In this document: positions 10,955 to 19,385 of the stretch, in pieces
Layout: each line of letters begins with the position of its first letter
How positions within the stretch are numbered: position 1 is the first letter of the stretch
From: Clostridia bacterium
Lineage (GTDB): Bacteria; Bacillota; Clostridia; UBA1212; DUPL01
Direction of reading: 5' to 3'
DNA: 64,000 nt
Assembly (NCBI GenBank): GCA_050951325.1
Contig: JBMNIW010000012.1
Location: 352,001 to 416,000, forward strand
Position numbers and translations under genes: made by a program
The notes under the pieces: model-generated
What the model saw: only the letters and a program-made list of their open reading frames with translations
What the model was told of the DNA's origin: nothing
Database searches by the model: none

Positions 10955-10985
10955 AAAAGAAAGACCTTTAAAAAGGTCTTTCTTT
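10953..10985. terminator. Bidirectional terminator between convergent genes
   Basis: AAAGAAAGACCTTT/AAAGGTCTTTCTTT inverted repeat. Confidence 0.75.
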
Positions 10986-12348
10986 ATCTGTCGTTAAGTT
11001 TAACGTATTGTATCTTATCCGATACATTCTTGTATGCAGGCCTGATAATCTTTCCTGCATTAATAATTTCTTCAATCCTATGTGCGGACCAGCCTGCAAT
11101 TCTTGATATTGCAAAAATAGGTGTGTAAAGTTCTATAGGCAAGTCAAGCATTTTGTAAACAAAGCCGCTGTAGAAATCAATATTTGCACTTACACCTTTG
11201 TAAATCTTTCTTTCTTTGCTAATAATCTCAGGAGCAAGTCTTTCTACCAGCGTGTATAGCTTGTATTCTTCGTCAAGTCCTTTTTCCTCGGACAAACTCT
11301 TTACAAAACTCTTCAGGACTTTCGCTCTTGGATCAGATTTGGAGTATACTGCGTGTCCCATACCATAAATCAATCCTGATTTATCAAAGGCTTGCTTGTT
11401 TAATAGCGCCATTAGATATCTGCTTATTTCTTCTTCGTCTTCCCAATTCTTTACGTTATTCTTAAGGTCTTCAAACATTTGCACGACTTTTATATTTGCA
11501 CCGCCATGTCTAGGACCTTTCAAGGAACCAAGAGAGGCAGCAACTACTGAATAAGTATCAGTTCCTGAAGATGATACAACATGAGTTGTAAATGTAGAGT
11601 TGTTACCTCCGCCGTGGTCCGCATGTAGTATCAGTGCTACGTCAAGAATTCTTGCTTCAAGCACGGAATACTTGCTGTCTTTTCTCAATGTATAGAGAAT
11701 GTTTTCAGCAGTTGATAATTCAGGCTGTGGAGGATGAATAAACAAACTTTCCTTGTTTACATAATGGTTGTAAGCATGGTATCCATATATCGATAATAGA
11801 GGAAACAGTGAGACAAGCTCAAGACACTGCCTCAATACATTCGGTATTGATATGTCATCTGCCTTGTCGTCATACGCATACAAAGTTAAAACGCTTCTGG
11901 CAAGGGTATTCATCATGTCGCTGCTTGGAGCCTTCATAATGATATCCCTTACAAAAGAAGTAGGCAATGTTCTGAATTCAGATAACAAATTGTTAAAATC
12001 TTCCAATTCTTGTTTGTTTGGAAGCTTGCCGAATATGAGTAAATAAGTTACCTCCTCATAACCAAATCGTTTATCATCAACACAACCTGATACGATATCT
12101 TCAACATCTATGCCTCGATAATACAACTTTCCATCACAGGGTACTTCTTTTCCGTCTACCACTTCATATGAAATAATTTCGCTTATGTTTGTCAGTCCTG
12201 CAAGAACTCCTTTGCCCTGCAAATCTCTTAATCCTCTCTTAACGTTATACTTGGTGTATAAACTTGGATCTATTGATCCGTTGTTAATGCATAAGTCAGA
12301 TAAATTTTGTATTTTAACAGCAGATTCAGGAGTAAGTTCTAATGACAT
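10984..12348 (-). CDS. gltA: Citrate synthase (citrate/2-methylcitrate synthase family)
   Basis: LYYRG, HADHGGGNNST, GPRHGGAN, GMGHAVY..DPR, ANIDFYSG, GWSAH. Confidence 0.92.
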   Translation of the reverse strand: MSLELTPESAVKIQNLSDLCINNGSIDPSLYTKYNVKRGLRDLQGKGVLAGLTNISEIISYEVVDGKEVPCDGKLYYRGIDVEDIVSGCVDDKRFGYEEVTYLLIFGKLPNKQELEDFNNLLSEFRTLPTSFVRDIIMKAPSSDMMNTLARSVLTLYAYDDKADDISIPNVLRQCLELVSLFPLLSIYGYHAYNHYVNKESLFIHPPQPELSTAENILYTLRKDSKYSVLEARILDVALILHADHGGGNNSTFTTHVVSSSGTDTYSVVAASLGSLKGPRHGGANIKVVQMFEDLKNNVKNWEDEEEISRYLMALLNKQAFDKSGLIYGMGHAVYSKSDPRAKVLKSFVKSLSEEKGLDEEYKLYTLVERLAPEIISKERKIYKGVSANIDFYSGFVYKMLDLPIELYTPIFAISRIAGWSAHRIEEIINAGKIIRPAYKNVSDKIQYVKLNDR

Positions 12349-12549
12349 AATATCACCACTTTCTTTTGTTTTAAAAGTTATTTTTGGGATAAGAGAGATG
12401 AATAAAAAAAAGTAAACATTTAAATATTACCATAAAACCAAAAGTGAGTAAAGAAAAAAATGAAAAGTCAAACTCGGCATAAAGAAGTAAAGGTTGACTT
12501 AACTATGTAATAAATAATATAATACAGAAAAAATCGGGAGGTTCTGAAA

Positions 12550-14640
12550 ATGTATCATAACAGAAAAGTTTTGTCTTTCATTGCAGCAATTTTATACATA
12601 ATTGTACTGTGCAGTTCTGGTATCATTGTTGCAGGACAAAATGATAATCCATCAGCTACACTTCCTCCAAGGCCAGTACTGGATGAAAATCATCCGGTAA
12701 ACACAATGGATGTAAGGCCGGACACTTGGGTGGCTACAGATGGTTTGGGAAGAACACTGTCGGGATATAACGAGGTTGGTCCCAAAAGAGAAGATAGATT
12801 TGTTGGATTATTTTACTGGACATGGCACGGATCACATGCAAAGAGCACTGTGCCAAGGAATGTCCAGCAGCTACTTGATTCACTAACACCCGAAGAAGCA
12901 GAGAAAGCCAAGAATGATTACAAACATCCTGTATGGGAGCGTAGAACGGGATATCATTTCTGGAATGAGCCAATTTTCGGTTACTATTCAACAAATGACA
13001 AGTATGTATTAAGAAAACATGCTGAAATGCTTGCGGACGCAGGCGTTGACGTAGTTATATTCGACAACACCAATGGTTCATTTCTATGGCAGGATTCCTA
13101 TACTGCGTTAATGGAAACCTGGTCTGAAGCAAGACAGCAGGGAGTTAACACACCTCAAGTTACCTTCATGCTTAACTTTGGTCCACTAGAAACAACCGCA
13201 GAGATGCTGGTAAATATATATAAAGATATATATCAACAAGAAAAATTTAAAGATTTGTGGTTCTATTGGGACGGAAAACCATTCATTATGGCGCATGAGA
13301 AAGCACTTGACGCAAGAAATCCGCTACAGGCTGAAATTTTGGAGTTTTTCACATTCAGAAATAATGATCCATCATATTTTACTAAAACAGAGAATGCAAA
13401 GCCCAACAGCTGGGGCTGGTTGTCCACTTATCCGCAGTGCAAGTATAACGTGGATAAAAACGGCAATGTGGAACAAATGACTGTTGGTGTTGCCCAGAAT
13501 GCAACTACCACAAAGCTGACTGCCATGAATGGCAAGAATGTGCTTGGAAGAAGCTACGGTCATGATGGATATTCTTACAGCTATACTTATAGAGGTAAGG
13601 AGATAGTGGTTAATTCCGACATACCCGATTCAAAGCTTTACGGTATAAACTTGCAGCAACAGTTTGATTATGCAATAGAGAACGATCCAAAGTTCATATT
13701 TGTAACTGGATGGAATGAATGGGTTGCTATTCGATTTGATGAATGGAGCGGTGTTCCTAATGGAATGGCAGACCAGTTCAATGATGAGTACTCAAGGGAT
13801 CTTGAACCTTCCAAAGGAGATTTGAAAGATCACTATTACTACCAACTTGTAGAGAATATTCGTAGGTACAAGGGAGTAAGCGAGCCAGAGGAAATAGATG
13901 TATACAAGAAAATAGATATCTTCGGTGATTTGTCACAGTGGGATGATATCGCATCTTTCAATCACTACATCAAAAACACATGGGAACGTAATGATAGAGG
14001 CTACCTTACAAAGACATACAAGAATGATACTATGAGAAACGATATTAGAAGAGCAAAGGTAGCTTTTGATGAAAACAACATATATTTCTATGTGGAAACT
14101 GTTGATAACCTTACGCCATATACCGATCCTGCATGGATGAGACTTTTTATTGATACAATGCCTGCTACAGAAGATTCAAAGGATTGGGAAGAAATCGAGT
14201 TTGTGGTAAACAGGCAGAACCCAACCGATTCTATTGCATATCTAGAAAGAAGCAAAGGCGGATGGGATTGGGAGGTTGTACAGGAAGTCAGATATTCTGT
14301 AATGGATAATGTACTACAGATTGAAATACCCAGAAAGGCTCTAGGACTTGATGATACAGATGCACCTTTATTCAACTTCAAATGGGCTGACAACATGCAG
14401 GAAGATGGAGACATTCTTGATTTCTATGTAAATGGTGATGTGGCTCCAGGTGGAAGATTCATGTTCCACTTTAACACAAAGCCTGTAAAGAATGCTGATA
14501 TTGCTGATAAGGAAACCAAAAAAGGAGGCATACAGCCGGTAGTTATAGTATCAATAATATCCGCATCGGCTGTTGTGGCCGTTGCAGTTGCTGCGGTGTT
14601 AATTGTTAAAAAATCAAACGCAAGTAAGGTATCCTCTTGA
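12550..14640 (+). CDS. Secreted, C-terminally membrane-anchored glycoside hydrolase-like protein (GH99/GH71-like TIM barrel plus beta-sandwich)
   Basis: Signal peptide; VGLFYWTWH, EPIFGYY, HAEMLADAGVD, FVTGWNEW; C-terminal TM then KK; paralog of 48591..51029. Confidence 0.65.
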   Translation: MYHNRKVLSFIAAILYIIVLCSSGIIVAGQNDNPSATLPPRPVLDENHPVNTMDVRPDTWVATDGLGRTLSGYNEVGPKREDRFVGLFYWTWHGSHAKSTVPRNVQQLLDSLTPEEAEKAKNDYKHPVWERRTGYHFWNEPIFGYYSTNDKYVLRKHAEMLADAGVDVVIFDNTNGSFLWQDSYTALMETWSEARQQGVNTPQVTFMLNFGPLETTAEMLVNIYKDIYQQEKFKDLWFYWDGKPFIMAHEKALDARNPLQAEILEFFTFRNNDPSYFTKTENAKPNSWGWLSTYPQCKYNVDKNGNVEQMTVGVAQNATTTKLTAMNGKNVLGRSYGHDGYSYSYTYRGKEIVVNSDIPDSKLYGINLQQQFDYAIENDPKFIFVTGWNEWVAIRFDEWSGVPNGMADQFNDEYSRDLEPSKGDLKDHYYYQLVENIRRYKGVSEPEEIDVYKKIDIFGDLSQWDDIASFNHYIKNTWERNDRGYLTKTYKNDTMRNDIRRAKVAFDENNIYFYVETVDNLTPYTDPAWMRLFIDTMPATEDSKDWEEIEFVVNRQNPTDSIAYLERSKGGWDWEVVQEVRYSVMDNVLQIEIPRKALGLDDTDAPLFNFKWADNMQEDGDILDFYVNGDVAPGGRFMFHFNTKPVKNADIADKETKKGGIQPVVIVSIISASAVVAVAVAAVLIVKKSNASKVSS

Positions 14641-14676
14641 TTTTTAATCTTTGAGTGATATAATATTGTCTGCAAT

Positions 14677-14732
14677 GATACCATGAAGGTATATGCTTTC
14701 CCAAGGAAAGTGATACTTCATGGTATCTTTTT
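14677..14732 (+). terminator. Long hairpin with U-tract (terminator or attenuator)
   Basis: GATACCATGAAG...GCTTTCC-CAA-GGAAAGT...CTTCATGGTATC then TTTTT. Confidence 0.7.
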
Positions 14733-14758
14733 ATATTTTTCAGAGGTGATAGTGTTTT

Positions 14759-15307
14759 ATGAAAAGAAGAGATGTATACAATTTGGTTCTTGCTGCCATG
14801 TTTTTGGCTCTGGCATTCGTTCTACCGCAGATTATGAAATCCATACCGTTTTTTGTGTCAGCAAATCTGGGTACAAAAATACTTCCCATGCATATTCCGG
14901 TTCTTTTATGTGGATTTATCTGTGGATATTACTATGGGCTTTCTGTCGGCTTTATAGCTCCTTTGCTGGCAAGTCTCATAACAACAATGCCTCCTATGTA
15001 CCCCGTGGCAATTTCCATGGCGTTTGAGCTGGCTGCCTACGGACTTGTAGCAGGACTTATGTACAAGGCAACATCAAAACTAAAGATAAATTATGTTTTA
15101 AAAATCTACATAGACCTGATAACAGCAATGCTTGCAGGCAGGGTTGTAATGGGTGTTGTTAATATGTTACTATTAACAAATGCAAAGTATGGGTTAAATG
15201 TATTCCTGGCGGATGCATTTGTAAATGCATTGCCTGGTATAATTATCCAGTTAATATTAATACCTGCAATATTAATAATATTGAGGAAGGCAAAATATAT
15301 CAAATGA
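14759..15307 (+). CDS. ECF transporter S component
   Basis: 182 aa, about 6 TM, AAMFLALAFVLP and LPMHIPVLLCG motifs. Confidence 0.88.
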   Translation: MKRRDVYNLVLAAMFLALAFVLPQIMKSIPFFVSANLGTKILPMHIPVLLCGFICGYYYGLSVGFIAPLLASLITTMPPMYPVAISMAFELAAYGLVAGLMYKATSKLKINYVLKIYIDLITAMLAGRVVMGVVNMLLLTNAKYGLNVFLADAFVNALPGIIIQLILIPAILIILRKAKYIK

Positions 15308-15879
15308 CTAATCTTGAAAAAAGTATTCTAAGACAGATTGAGAAAAAAGGAATAGTTTTAATTGCAATTGACGGACCAAGTGGAAGTGGAAAGTCGACCT
15401 TTGCTAAAAGGTTAGCGGAAAAATATGATGCAAATGTATTTCATATGGATGACTTCTTTCTGAGACCTGAACAAAGAACAAAGGAAAGATATGAAGAAAT
15501 TGGAGGGAATATCGATTATGAGAGGTTTCACGAGGAAGTATTGATGAATATAAATAGAGGGTTTCCTTTCCACTACAGGCCCTACAGCTGTTCTTTAGGA
15601 ATACTTGTGGACAAGAAAGAAGTTACTTTTAAGAATGTGAATATAATTGAAGGGGTGTATAGCATGCACCCCATGCTTTTATCATATTACGATATAAAAG
15701 TATTTTTGACAGCTCCTAAAGAAGTTTGCATTGAAAGAATTAGGAAAAGAAGTGGAGATGTTCTGCTTAAAAGATTCGTAAATGAATGGATTCCCATGGA
15801 ACAGAATTATTTTAGCAATTTTAAAATAAAGGAGAATTGTGATTTTATAATCAATGGAGTTACTTTAGAAGAGTCTTGA
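15304..15879 (+). CDS. Uridine kinase/phosphoribulokinase-like P-loop kinase
   Basis: IAIDGPSGSGKST, HMDDFF, IIEGVYS; ATGA overlap with the ECF gene. Confidence 0.78.
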   Translation: MTNLEKSILRQIEKKGIVLIAIDGPSGSGKSTFAKRLAEKYDANVFHMDDFFLRPEQRTKERYEEIGGNIDYERFHEEVLMNINRGFPFHYRPYSCSLGILVDKKEVTFKNVNIIEGVYSMHPMLLSYYDIKVFLTAPKEVCIERIRKRSGDVLLKRFVNEWIPMEQNYFSNFKIKENCDFIINGVTLEES

Positions 15880-16276
15880 CCTCATCCACAGCAAGATCAA
15901 TGTAATCGCTCAGGGACATGTCACTGACTCCCATAACTTTAAGATTGCACTTGTTTACTGGAACAAGTATTTTATGTGCTTTGCATTCACCAACTGCCTG
16001 TGCCATCTTTGGAGATATTTCTCCGTGGAGAGCATTGGCAATAATGATTCCAATCGGTCCAAGAATTATATCCGCATCCTTGCAGTTCCAAACAATTGGG
16101 TTTTCACCGGTTGCACCGTAGTCCGCTCCTGCCTTGAGCATGGCGGATGTGGCAATACTGTTTGTACCAATAGCCATGATTTCATGATCAAGAGCTATTG
16201 GTTTTATTTTTTCCACCAGCATTTTCCCCATTCTTCCTCCCTGACCATCTATAACAACAATTTTCAAATTCATCAC
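15860..16276 (-). CDS. DUF3842 family protein
   Basis: VIDGQGGRMG, GTNSIATSAMLKAGADYGATGENP. Confidence 0.82.
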   Translation of the reverse strand: MMNLKIVVIDGQGGRMGKMLVEKIKPIALDHEIMAIGTNSIATSAMLKAGADYGATGENPIVWNCKDADIILGPIGIIIANALHGEISPKMAQAVGECKAHKILVPVNKCNLKVMGVSDMSLSDYIDLAVDEVKTLLK

Positions 16277-16429
16277 TCCTGTAATTTTTTATATATAATC
16301 TCATACAATAGCCTTTTTATCAAATATTTAATTTTACTCATTTACAATTCTGGATAATATGATATACTATTTAAGCTGGTTTAATAAATTAGCGAATTAA
16401 CATACTAAAGTTGAAGGGTTGTTATAATC

Positions 16430-17263
16430 ATGAAGAAAACATTGCTTATTGTAACTGTATTGATAATTGTATTGGCTTCTGCATGTACTCCAAATATTCA
16501 GAAAAACTTTGTTGTTCTTGAAGACTATTTTGCAGAAGAAGAATACGGCATTGGATTTAGAAACACAGACATTGCCTTGGGCCTTGAGGTTCAAAAGCAC
16601 CTTGATGAGATGTATGAAGACGGCACACTGATCGAAATCTCAAAGAAATGGTTTGGTAAGGATACATATTTGAAAGATTCTGATTTTATTGAAGAAAGCC
16701 AGGCACCTGAAGGAGACGATTCTCTAGATAAGATATTGGATAAAGGAAAGTTGATTGTTGGTCTTGACGACTCATTTCCACCAATGGGCTTCAGAGATGA
16801 CAAGAATAATATTGTGGGTTATGATATTGACCTTGCAAAAGAAGTTGCAAAGAGAATGGATGTGGAGCTTGTTTTGCAGCCTATAGACTGGGATTCTAAG
16901 GAACTTGAGCTTCAGAGCGGCAAGATTGACTGTATCTGGAATGGAATGACAATCACCGAAGAAAGAGTTGAAGCAATGTATTTTGTAAAACCATACATAG
17001 CAAACAGACAGATTGTAATTGTTGGTGAGAACTCAGATATAAAGACAAAGGCAGACTTAAATGGCAAGAAGATTGGCCTCCAAAAAGGTTCTTCTGCTTT
17101 GAATGCTGTTAAAGCTGACGATGTATATTCAAAGATTGGTGAAATCATTGAATATCAGAACAATGTTGATGCATTTAATGATTTGAAGGTAGGTAGAATT
17201 GACGCACTTGTAGTGGATGAAGTTGCAGGAAGATATATGATAGAAAAGGATAAAGATAAATAA
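16430..17263 (+). CDS. Polar amino-acid ABC transporter substrate-binding lipoprotein (circularly permuted)
   Basis: Lipobox LASAC; GLDDSFPPMGF, GYDIDLA, IDCIWNGMTITEER; the usual C-terminal EEYGIGFR...KWFG segment sits at the N-terminus. Confidence 0.9.
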   Translation: MKKTLLIVTVLIIVLASACTPNIQKNFVVLEDYFAEEEYGIGFRNTDIALGLEVQKHLDEMYEDGTLIEISKKWFGKDTYLKDSDFIEESQAPEGDDSLDKILDKGKLIVGLDDSFPPMGFRDDKNNIVGYDIDLAKEVAKRMDVELVLQPIDWDSKELELQSGKIDCIWNGMTITEERVEAMYFVKPYIANRQIVIVGENSDIKTKADLNGKKIGLQKGSSALNAVKADDVYSKIGEIIEYQNNVDAFNDLKVGRIDALVVDEVAGRYMIEKDKDK

Positions 17264-17907
17264 TGAATTTTTCTTACTTGGTCAGCATCTTCGGCCAGCT
17301 ATCGGATGGTTTGAAGTTTACTGTTGGACTATTTTTCGTAACCATAATATTTTCAGTACCGCTGGGACTTGTATTGTCGTTTATTAGAGTCGGTAGTCAT
17401 AAAATTATCCAGCGTATTTTAGGGGGATATATCTGGCTTATGCGGGGTACCCCCCTTATACTTCAGCTGTATTTCTTTTATTACGGTCTATCATTGGTAA
17501 CGTCCATTCAGCTGAGCAGGTTTAATGCAGCGATAGTTGCTTTTATCCTAAACTATGCTGCATATTTTTGCGAAATATTCAGAGGTGGTCTGCTTGGTGT
17601 AAGCAAAGGCCAGTATGAGGCGGCAAAAGTTCTTGGGTTCAGTACATTACAGACAAATGTACGGATAGTTATTCCACAAATGCTGAGAATAACACTACCC
17701 TCCGTGGCAAATGAGTTTATAACTCTTGTAAAGGATACATCACTTATCACAGTACTAGCAATTGATGAAATACTTAACCTGGCAAAAAAGATAGTCAACA
17801 CGGATGTAAACATATCAGCTTATGCGGTTGTTGCAGTTTATTACTTGATTGCCACGTTTCTGTTAACAAAACTTTTTGAATACCTTGAGAAAAAGTTTGC
17901 ATATTAG
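17263..17907 (+). CDS. Amino-acid ABC transporter permease
   Basis: RGTPLILQL, AAYFCEIFRGG, GQYEAAKVLG, LVKDTSL. Confidence 0.95.
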   Translation: MNFSYLVSIFGQLSDGLKFTVGLFFVTIIFSVPLGLVLSFIRVGSHKIIQRILGGYIWLMRGTPLILQLYFFYYGLSLVTSIQLSRFNAAIVAFILNYAAYFCEIFRGGLLGVSKGQYEAAKVLGFSTLQTNVRIVIPQMLRITLPSVANEFITLVKDTSLITVLAIDEILNLAKKIVNTDVNISAYAVVAVYYLIATFLLTKLFEYLEKKFAY

Positions 17908-17923
17908 GAAGGAGGGATACATT

Positions 17924-18682
17924 ATGGTTGAAGGTGCAGTTATTAGTGTAAGAGGATTGAGCAAGAGTTTTGGCAAAACTAAAGTTTTGAATAATATAAA
18001 TTTTGATGTTTACAAAGGGGAAACCATAGCCATAATAGGTCCTTCCGGTGTAGGGAAAAGCACTATGCTGCGATGTCTCATTAACCTTGAGAAAGCAGAT
18101 GCAGGAAGTATTCTGATTGATGGCGAATATCTGGTGAGGGACGGACATTATGAAAATGAAAGGACTTGCAGGAAGATATGCTCCCAAATGGGCATGGTCT
18201 TTCAAAGTTTTCACCTGTTTCCACACCTTACAGTACTTGATAACTTAATATATGCTCCAAAGTATGTAAACCGGGAAGATGAGGCATCTGCCAAGAAAAG
18301 AGCAGACGAAATACTCAGAAAAGTAGGCCTTGCTGACAGAAAGGAATCCATGCCATCCCAGCTTTCAGGAGGACAGCAGCAGAGAATTGCTATAGCAAGA
18401 GCTTTAATGATGAATCCGGAGATTCTCCTATTTGACGAACCTACCTCATCCTTGGATCCTCTTTTAAAGAACGAAGTATTGTCTGTCATGAGGCAGCTTG
18501 CAGAAGAGAAGATGACGATGCTTGTAGTGACTCACGAAATGGGCTTTGCAAAAGAAGTGGCGGACAGAGTATTGTTTGTTTCTGAAGATGGAATTATTGC
18601 AGATGATTCACCAGATAAAATATTTAACTTGCCCTCTAATCCCATAATTAAAGAATTTATATGTAGCATAAAAGCCGTGTGA
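17924..18682 (+). CDS. Amino-acid ABC transporter ATP-binding protein (GlnQ family)
   Basis: GPSGVGKST, LSGGQQQR, LLFDEPTS, VVTHEMGFA; start moved to ATG after AGGAGG. Confidence 0.95.
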   Translation: MVEGAVISVRGLSKSFGKTKVLNNINFDVYKGETIAIIGPSGVGKSTMLRCLINLEKADAGSILIDGEYLVRDGHYENERTCRKICSQMGMVFQSFHLFPHLTVLDNLIYAPKYVNREDEASAKKRADEILRKVGLADRKESMPSQLSGGQQQRIAIARALMMNPEILLFDEPTSSLDPLLKNEVLSVMRQLAEEKMTMLVVTHEMGFAKEVADRVLFVSEDGIIADDSPDKIFNLPSNPIIKEFICSIKAV

Positions 18683-18697
18683 AAACACGGTCTTTTT
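18674..18697 (+). terminator. Intrinsic terminator of ABC operon
   Basis: CCGTGT-GAAA-ACACGG followed by T-tract. Confidence 0.7.
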
Positions 18698-18718
18698 ATT
18701 TCCGTAACTATTTTTCCA

Positions 18719-18775
18719 TTGACAGAATATAATTATGGTGTATAATAATATTACATATGAACAATTGTTCATATG
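18719..18775 (+). promoter_or_regulatory. sigma-A promoter with ArsR/SmtB-type operator
   Basis: TTGACA(18719)-16-TATAAT(18741); perfect 22-bp palindrome CATATGAACAATTGTTCATATG at 18754-18775 resembling SmtB/CzrA operators. Confidence 0.85.
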
Positions 18776-18799
18776 ATAAGATGACATAGAGGTGCTGAA

Positions 18800-19150
18800 A
18801 TGGATAATCCAACATGCAGCTGTTTTCTATTACATGAAGACATAGTAGAGAAAGCTAAAAAGGCTTTGCCTGATGAAAACAAATTGATGGATTTGGCTGA
18901 TTTGTTTAAAGTATTTGGTGATAGTACGAGAATAAAGATACTTTACTTGCTGTCGGTAAATGAGATGTGCGTGTGTGACATTGCAAACCTCATAGGACTA
19001 AGCCAGTCTGCTATTTCTCACCAGCTTAGGGTTTTAAAGCAGGCAAAGCTTGTGAAATACAGAAGAGAGGGAAAAGTAGTTTTCTATTCTCTGGATGACG
19101 ACCACGTAAGTTCAATAATAAAACAAGGTTTGGAACATATAAACGAATAG
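18800..19150 (+). CDS. ArsR/SmtB (CadC-like) metal-sensing repressor
   Basis: N-terminal CSC, FKVFGDSTRIKIL, EMCVCD, SQSAISHQLR, alpha5 DDH...EH. Confidence 0.93.
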   Translation: MDNPTCSCFLLHEDIVEKAKKALPDENKLMDLADLFKVFGDSTRIKILYLLSVNEMCVCDIANLIGLSQSAISHQLRVLKQAKLVKYRREGKVVFYSLDDDHVSSIIKQGLEHINE

Positions 19151-19165
19151 AGTGGAGGAAAGTTT

Positions 19166-19384
19166 ATGAGAAAGACACTGACTCTGCAAAATCTGGGATG
19201 TGCATCCTGTGCAGATAAAATGGAAAGAAGAATAAATAAAATAGATGGAGTTATATCTGCAAGCATCAGCTTTGCGGCACAAAAGTTGTTTTTGGAAGTT
19301 GAAGAAGGGAAGTTTGAAAAAATTGTAGAAAAGGCACAACAAGTATGCAGAAAGATAGAACCTGATTGCAGGATAGTATACTAA
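19166..19384 (+). CDS. Stand-alone heavy-metal-associated (HMA) domain protein
   Basis: LGCASCA metal-binding loop, 72 aa, between ArsR and P1B ATPase. Confidence 0.88.
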   Translation: MRKTLTLQNLGCASCADKMERRINKIDGVISASISFAAQKLFLEVEEGKFEKIVEKAQQVCRKIEPDCRIVY

Positions 19385-19385
19385 C

